Source of the DNA: Deltaproteobacteria bacterium
GTDB lineage: Bacteria > JAMCPX01
DNA length: 64,000 bases
Assembly: GCA_023382265.1 (NCBI GenBank)
Contig: JAMCPX010000047.1
Location: 25,310 to 89,309 of the forward strand
Direction of reading: 5' to 3'
Under the pieces are notes generated by a model. It ran no database searches. It saw nothing but the letters and a program-made list of their open reading frames with translations, and was not told where the DNA came from. The position numbers and the translations under genes were made by a program. This document shows, in pieces, positions 58,221 through 64,000 of the stretch; positions within the stretch are counted from its first letter, which is position 1; each line of letters begins with the position of its first letter.

Positions 58221-59680
58221 TATGCCTTCTTATAAGGGATACGAATGTAAAAGGTTGTTCCTTTGCCTTTTTCACTCTCAAATGTGATATCACCATTCAT
58301 TGACCTTATGATTTTAAGGCTGATCGCAAGTCCCAGGCCTGTACCATGTTGTTTGGTTGTAAAGAATGGATCGAAAATTTTATCTTTTGCATCATCAGGT
58401 ATGCCTTTACCCGTATCACTTATAGTGGCAAGTATGTATGGTTCTCCATATTTATCAATAAAGTTTGTTGAAGCTGTTAGTGTCCCGCCTTCAGGCATTG
58501 CTTGAATGGCGTTAAGCAGAAGATTTATAAATACCTGTTGTAAGCCGTCCCTATCTTCTATTATGGATGGGATGTTTTGGGCAAAAGATAATCTTATCTT
58601 TACATGATTATTGGATGCCTGAGGCTCAAGCAGTATCTGCATTGCCTTAATAGTATCATTAAGGTTAAGTTCCTCACCTTCGTATATTGAAGCTCTTGAA
58701 AACTTCAGCATATCACCTATGATCTTATCTATTCTTGAGATTTGTGCCATGATCTGGTTAAAGATGTCGGTTTTTTCTTCATTGGTAGCAAAGTCTTCTT
58801 TAAATACCTGTAGAACACCGCTTATTCCTGCAAGAGGATTTCTTATTTCATGAGCGAGAGATAAAGAGATCTCTCCAAGGCTTGCAAGTTTATCCATCCT
58901 TCTTATGTGAAGTTCTGTGGTCTTTTTGATCTCTGCGTCATTATACGCGAGACGATCAAGCATCATGTTAAGCTGTTTACTTAAGAATCCAAGTTCGTCA
59001 TTGTCATCTATTTTTGTTCTTACAGACAGGTCGCCTTCTGAAGCCATTTTTAAGGTATTTACAAGCTCATCTATGGGTCTGTTAATAACGGTTTCTGTTA
59101 TAAGCCATATAGAGAACACAAGTATGGATGTAATAATAATGCTTACTATAAACCAGTTGGAAAGCAATCCTTCAAAGGCAATATTAGAACTTGCAGTAGA
59201 AACCTTGACATAGAATATACCGAGTAACGAACCGTCTGTTTTATGACATTTAAAACACGAGGCATGATTGTAGGCATTGTAGTATAATTCTACAATGTCA
59301 TGGTGCTGATTTATTGTAGTAACGAGGTATTTCTGTCCGATGGGTATGTTAATGGGCATATCATTAGTTTTTGGATATATGAATAACGGCTTCCCAGTTG
59401 GAGAAAGCATGCCTATGGTTACGATATTTTTTATGTCGGTATTATACAGGCTTGAAAGGTAGGCTTTAAAATCATCAGGATTACCTGTTTTACTGTGTAT
59501 TGTTATGATCTTATCAATGTTGCCTAATGTGAGATTTACCTCATCAATCGCGTACTGTTTGAAGAGCTTCTCTGTACTAAGCCTCATGAAGAGTGCATAA
59601 AGGCTGATCATAAGAATGGTTATCAATATTATAGGGAGCATAAATTTTATATTTATCGGTACCCCTGCAGAGAGCTTCAT
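58220..59680 (-). CDS. Sensor histidine kinase with periplasmic CxxCH-containing sensor domain
   Basis: TM - periplasmic domain with 'CFKCH' - TM - HAMP - 'HEIRNPLAGI' HisKA - HATPase_c. Confidence 0.85.
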   Translation of the reverse strand: MKLSAGVPINIKFMLPIILITILMISLYALFMRLSTEKLFKQYAIDEVNLTLGNIDKIITIHSKTGNPDDFKAYLSSLYNTDIKNIVTIGMLSPTGKPLFIYPKTNDMPINIPIGQKYLVTTINQHHDIVELYYNAYNHASCFKCHKTDGSLLGIFYVKVSTASSNIAFEGLLSNWFIVSIIITSILVFSIWLITETVINRPIDELVNTLKMASEGDLSVRTKIDDNDELGFLSKQLNMMLDRLAYNDAEIKKTTELHIRRMDKLASLGEISLSLAHEIRNPLAGISGVLQVFKEDFATNEEKTDIFNQIMAQISRIDKIIGDMLKFSRASIYEGEELNLNDTIKAMQILLEPQASNNHVKIRLSFAQNIPSIIEDRDGLQQVFINLLLNAIQAMPEGGTLTASTNFIDKYGEPYILATISDTGKGIPDDAKDKIFDPFFTTKQHGTGLGLAISLKIIRSMNGDITFESEKGKGTTFYIRIPYKKA

Positions 59681-60507
59681 TGCTTATCAGCTCTGTCTTT
59701 TAAAACCGCGACAAACTCAGCAGAGATAAGAAATATCAGGGCAGTATAATATACCCATATGATCGTTGCTATGACGGCGCTCAGAGAACCGTATATAATA
59801 CTTAATTTCGAATGATGAAGCATGTACCATGAAAACAGCACCCTCACAATCGTCCATAATACCGTCGTTAAAGCCCCTGCAGCAAGGCTGTACTTTATAC
59901 CGATATCTCTTGATGGCAGCTTGTAATACGCGGTAGAAAACAAACCAAAGATCAGAAAAAATGAGAATATACGGCTTGATACTATTACAGCTAATATATA
60001 AAATGTGCTGCTTAAAATAGGCAGGTTAAGTTTTATTAAAAATTTAAACAAAGGTCCTAAAATGAATATGAATGAAACGATAACGCCTGAAAATAAAATA
60101 AATAGTAATGATTTCCCCTTTACAAAGAGCGGATTGGACTTTTTACTGCGTTTAAAAATGACATCAAGAGACCTTTTTGCTTCAAGAACAGCAAGATCCG
60201 ATGAAAAAAATAGAATTATAAATCCGATAATGCCAATGGCATTACTCTTGCCTAATAGGCTATGCATATCATTGATAACATCATTGGAAATGTCAGGGAT
60301 AACCTGCCTTAGCAAGTCTACCAGATAGACGAAAAACTTGTTCGTGGAGCCGGCGATATAGCTCCCAATAGAAAATAGTACGAATATCAATGGTACTATG
60401 GATAGCAGTACATAAAAGGATAAAGCGGCAGCATGGGACATACACGTATCTGTCATAAATTTATCCGTGATCTCAAGGATTAAAGACCTGTCTTTTTTTT
60501 CATTCAT
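59677..60507 (-). CDS. YihY/BrkB family membrane protein
   Basis: 6 TM; 'AAALSFYVLLSIVPL' family start. Confidence 0.75.
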   Translation of the reverse strand: MNEKKDRSLILEITDKFMTDTCMSHAAALSFYVLLSIVPLIFVLFSIGSYIAGSTNKFFVYLVDLLRQVIPDISNDVINDMHSLLGKSNAIGIIGFIILFFSSDLAVLEAKRSLDVIFKRSKKSNPLFVKGKSLLFILFSGVIVSFIFILGPLFKFLIKLNLPILSSTFYILAVIVSSRIFSFFLIFGLFSTAYYKLPSRDIGIKYSLAAGALTTVLWTIVRVLFSWYMLHHSKLSIIYGSLSAVIATIIWVYYTALIFLISAEFVAVLKDRADKQ

Positions 60508-60509
60508 GT

Positions 60510-61814
60510 TTAGTGCCTGTTCCGGAACATAACTCTTATCGGTACGCCGTTAAACCCAAAGATATCCCTTAGACGATGCATGATAAATCTTTTGTAATTC
60601 TCTTTGATTCCTATCACAGTATTTACGAAGAGCACAAACGTAGGTGGCTTGACCGAAACCTGCACTATGTAATAAGGCTTTATGATTTTACCGCTGCTGG
60701 TGTTTGGTTCATTAGCTGCCATTGTTTCATTAAAAAACTTGTTAAGCTCTGAAGTGATGATCCTCTTGTTATACATGTCGGAGGTACAAAAAATCGCTTT
60801 TATAAGATCGTTTATCCCGAAGCCTGTAAGAGTGGATGTGGGTATTTGCGGGATATAATCGGAGGTATATTGTGATTGCATCTTCGTATTTTTTTGCTCG
60901 GATTTTGCAAGAAGATCCCACTTATTAAGCGCTATTACTATTGCTTTTCCATGCCTCTCCAATAACTGGATAAGCTTTTTATCATAAGTGGTAATACCTT
61001 TAACTGCGTCTATAACAAGTATGCCCAGATCTGTTTTTTCTATGATTTTTTTTGTCTTTATTTCTACGAGTTGATCTATAAGCTTATCTCGCCTGCCTTT
61101 TCTTAATCCGGCGGTATCTATAAGAATAAAAGGTTTTTTACCGAGTTCTACATTCACCTCAACCGGATCCCTTGTTGTACCCGGTGTATCATCAACGATC
61201 ATTAATTCTTTGCCTGTTATATAATTAAGCATACTCGATTTGCCTGCATTCGGTTTACCGATAAATGCGAGCCTTATTCTTTCATTCTGGAGGGATTCGT
61301 CTGCCATATTGCCGTATCCCTGCTGTTTTATGTGTGAGACAATTGCATCCATAACATCATCTATGCCGTAACCATGCTCCGCTGAAATACCAAACATATC
61401 ATTAAATCCAAGCTGATAAAATTCTGCAAGATCAGCCTGCGTGTAAGGCTTGTCTATTTTGTTAATAATCAGGAGGACCTTTTTACCGAGCTTCCTTATC
61501 AACATGGCGATCTCACGATCCGGTGACGTTATTCCCGTATTGAAATCACATATGAAAAGAATGAGCACAGCGTCGTTTATGATTTGCTTTACCTGTTTAT
61601 CTATCTTTAAGCTCAAGCGATCTTTAGCTTCCGTTAAACCGCCGGTATCCACAAGGTCGAAAAGAACACCACGCCAGTCGGATGTATCGTATATTGCATC
61701 CCTTGTTGTTCCCGGCAGATCGATTACTATTGCCTTTTTTTCAGAGATCATTCTATTGAACAATCTCGATTTACCAACATTCGGCCTTCCTACTATTGCT
61801 ATAAGCGGTTTCAT
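60510..61814 (-). CDS. der: Ribosome biogenesis GTPase Der (EngA)
   Basis: Two tandem GTPase domains ('GRPNVGKS', 'GKPNAGKS') + KH-like C-terminus. Confidence 0.9.
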   Translation of the reverse strand: MKPLIAIVGRPNVGKSRLFNRMISEKKAIVIDLPGTTRDAIYDTSDWRGVLFDLVDTGGLTEAKDRLSLKIDKQVKQIINDAVLILFICDFNTGITSPDREIAMLIRKLGKKVLLIINKIDKPYTQADLAEFYQLGFNDMFGISAEHGYGIDDVMDAIVSHIKQQGYGNMADESLQNERIRLAFIGKPNAGKSSMLNYITGKELMIVDDTPGTTRDPVEVNVELGKKPFILIDTAGLRKGRRDKLIDQLVEIKTKKIIEKTDLGILVIDAVKGITTYDKKLIQLLERHGKAIVIALNKWDLLAKSEQKNTKMQSQYTSDYIPQIPTSTLTGFGINDLIKAIFCTSDMYNKRIITSELNKFFNETMAANEPNTSSGKIIKPYYIVQVSVKPPTFVLFVNTVIGIKENYKRFIMHRLRDIFGFNGVPIRVMFRNRH

Positions 61815-61838
61815 ATCAATTTAAAATGCGAATGCTCA

Positions 61839-62723
61839 TCATTTTAGTCCTATTTCTTCTAGGAAAAGCTGGTCTTTTTTCCAGCCGGGTTTTACCTTTA
61901 CATACAATTCAAGATAAACCTTTGTACCAAGCAGTTGTTCTAAATCAAGTCTCGCCGCTGTACCTATTCTTTTTATCATAGAACCCTTATTCCCGATCAC
62001 TATACCTTTTTGAGAATTTTTTTCTACATAGATCATTGCGTGTATCCTTATTATCTTATCCCTTTCCGATTCATCAAATTTTTCAACTGTGCATGCGGAT
62101 GCATAAGGTATTTCCTCACCGGTGAGAAGAAAAAGTTTTTCCCTTACGATCTCAGCCACAAGTTCTTTCTCATACTTGTCCGTTATTGTGTCCTCTGTAT
62201 AAAGCAATCCGTCTACGGTAGTGTATTTTTTAAGTACAGATAACAGTTCATCCATGCCGTCACCTACCTTAGCCGAAACCGGAAGAATATCATTATAAAT
62301 CTTCATGCCAGCATACCGGTTTATTACAGGCAGCAGCGATTGCTTGTTCTTTAACAGGTCAATTTTGTTTATAAGCAGTAACTTGGTTTTATTTTTAAAC
62401 TTGCAGATCTCCTTTATCATAGATGTTTCCCGTTCATCAACCCTCGGTTCTACGATATGCATAAGAACATGAGCATCCCCCATAGCCGAGATGGATAATC
62501 TGCTCAATAATGAAATGAAGTTTGATGTTCTGCTATGATCCAGTCCGGGGGTATCTATAAATACAAATTGAGCATCCTCTGTTGTTACTATAACGTTCAA
62601 TCTTTGCCATGTTGTTTGTGGTCTTCTAGATACGATCGTGAGCTTCTCGCCTATTAGTCTGTTTAATAGGGTAGACTTGCCTACGTTTGGCCTTCCGATA
62701 ACCGCAATAATTCCTGATCTCAT
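61839..62723 (-). CDS. era: GTPase Era
   Basis: '[12 protein letters not shown]', C-terminal KH domain. Confidence 0.9.
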   Translation of the reverse strand: MRSGIIAVIGRPNVGKSTLLNRLIGEKLTIVSRRPQTTWQRLNVIVTTEDAQFVFIDTPGLDHSRTSNFISLLSRLSISAMGDAHVLMHIVEPRVDERETSMIKEICKFKNKTKLLLINKIDLLKNKQSLLPVINRYAGMKIYNDILPVSAKVGDGMDELLSVLKKYTTVDGLLYTEDTITDKYEKELVAEIVREKLFLLTGEEIPYASACTVEKFDESERDKIIRIHAMIYVEKNSQKGIVIGNKGSMIKRIGTAARLDLEQLLGTKVYLELYVKVKPGWKKDQLFLEEIGLK

Positions 62724-62925
62724 ATATTACATAAAAGCACATATTTGATATTTTGTAAGCATCTAATGTATTTCCCTTGAAGGGATAAAGTATCAAAAAT
62801 AAACACCTCATTCAAATTGACCATACGGCAGCGATGGATTATAGCGTGCGGACAGTCAGAAGTTTATTGAATGGATTTGAATCGGGTTGCAATACATGGG
62901 ACGATCCGGTTAATCTTTCTGTGTT

Positions 62926-62950
62926 GGGCGACCCAGCGGGTCGCCCATAC
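62926..62950. other. Perfect 9-bp stem hairpin GGGCGACCC-AGC-GGGTCGCCC
   Basis: Read directly; 13 bp downstream of the Cys-rich lipoprotein gene stop (minus strand); not followed by a U-run on either strand. Confidence 0.5.
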
Positions 62951-62962
62951 TAAGAACGCATA

Positions 62963-63865
62963 CTATTTAACCGCTTCAAACGAAGGCATTGCTATACCAA
63001 AATCTACCAAAGACAACTGGCACAAGGTCTTACCGCTTGATGTATCACACTTTGTTCCTGAAGGGCAGTTATAGCCATTGCAGCAGTCTACTGCACCAGC
63101 AGGTATACAGGCATTTGCATAGCATTTAGAGCAGTATGTTCCAGCATAACAGCAGGATTTATCTGCACATGTTACAGCACATCCGTAATTATAATTCTCG
63201 TATAGTCGCTGTCCACAAATAGTTCCTGAAACAGAGGTGTAACTTGACGCACCTGTGTGTCCTTTTGCTGTAATGAAGATATCTCCATGACACACATCTT
63301 TACCGTTTACACTTATGGTCGGTGTGCCGGTAAACGTAACTGTTACATCCACATCTACAGCACCCCCGCATTGCATAGTTGCATTTGAGGTAAGTCCCAT
63401 GTTGATGGTTCCGTTTATCATTATGTGGTCGCCTGTTGTCGTAATAGTCTCTGCACATGAATTATAATTAATGGAACCCTGTCCGCTTATTGACATTGAA
63501 TCCTGCGAGCATGGCGGATTAGCTGCGCAGCACCCTGTCGGCATTGTACAGTTCATGTTAAGCGTATAGTAGATATTGCCGCTGCCGGGACAACTGGTAG
63601 GAGGGATAAGTGTGCTTGGCCCGCACGATGAAAGCGGGCTTAAATTGTTTGTTTTTAATGACGCATAAGAAGTCGTGCTCATGGCTGCCGCACTATTTGT
63701 AGAAGAAGCAAATATCTGTGCAAGTGCATTAAGCTGATTAGGGTTGAAGGGACCGCCGCTTCCGCCTCCGCTGCCTCCACAACCCGTAAAGACTGTTAAC
63801 AGGAATGCGGACATAACGGCTAAGTATATCACCGACCTCTTTTGTAATTTTTTATTCGTTATCAT
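62963..63865 (-). CDS. Cysteine-rich secreted lipoprotein (hypothetical)
   Basis: Start at ATG preceded by AAGGAGG; lipobox 'VFTGC' then GGSGGGSGG linker; >20 Cys in CxC/CC patterns in the C-terminal 150 aa. Confidence 0.5.
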   Translation of the reverse strand: MITNKKLQKRSVIYLAVMSAFLLTVFTGCGGSGGGSGGPFNPNQLNALAQIFASSTNSAAAMSTTSYASLKTNNLSPLSSCGPSTLIPPTSCPGSGNIYYTLNMNCTMPTGCCAANPPCSQDSMSISGQGSINYNSCAETITTTGDHIMINGTINMGLTSNATMQCGGAVDVDVTVTFTGTPTISVNGKDVCHGDIFITAKGHTGASSYTSVSGTICGQRLYENYNYGCAVTCADKSCCYAGTYCSKCYANACIPAGAVDCCNGYNCPSGTKCDTSSGKTLCQLSLVDFGIAMPSFEAVK

Positions 63866-64000
63866 AAAAGCCTCCTTTATTTTTATTGTTTTTTCTTTGA
63901 TCATATTGCAGTGAGAAATCATTTTAAGAAATATAAAACGCTTCTGATATGTAAGATGAAGGCATAGGTAGTGTAAGGACGCGGAAAAAACCGTTGGGTT

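Noticed and set aside
1-64000. tRNA genes, rRNA genes and CRISPR arrays
   Set aside because: No T-loop/anticodon-arm-like cloverleaf candidates were found; the only GGATTCGA/TCGAATCC strings lie inside CDSs; no regularly spaced direct repeats with unique spacers

Overview
Low-GC (about 40%), gene-dense bacterial chromosome window. Sulfate adenylyltransferase, archaeal-type ApgM, GH57, a sigma-54 regulator and c-heme-type sensor domains are consistent with an anaerobic sulfate-reducing lineage (Thermodesulfovibrio/Nitrospirota-like or deltaproteobacterial); this is an inference, no rRNA is present. Most of the window is housekeeping: leuS, a pheA-hisC-tyrA-aroA aromatic block, a cmk::ispH fusion followed by rpsA-sppA-ihfB, PBP1A, tatC, der and era. 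No tRNA, rRNA or CRISPR arrays were detected. The parts worth a second look are: (1) a minus-strand lipid/glycolipid cluster at 22.9-28.7 kb (ICMT-like methyltransferase, GT39/ArnT-like transferase, GmhA, DAG-kinase-like lipid kinase translationally overlapped with a Tam41/Mmp37-like putative CDP-DAG synthase, SDR), which is my best candidate for an undescribed pathway; (2) a FAS-II-like mini-cluster (FabG, LolA-like, lipoprotein, KAS) without acpP; (3) an APC permease with USP and two RCK(TrkA) proteins; (4) a six-gene operon of unknown secreted/cytoplasmic proteins at 47.6-52.4 kb directly abutting IS debris (IS3 element nested in a decayed IS4 transposase); (5) a recurrent TTCTAACGGGGTTTA motif and inverted-repeat pairs in a 627-bp ORF-free region upstream of leuS; (6) CxxCH-containing periplasmic sensor domains shared by a GGDEF protein and a histidine kinase.
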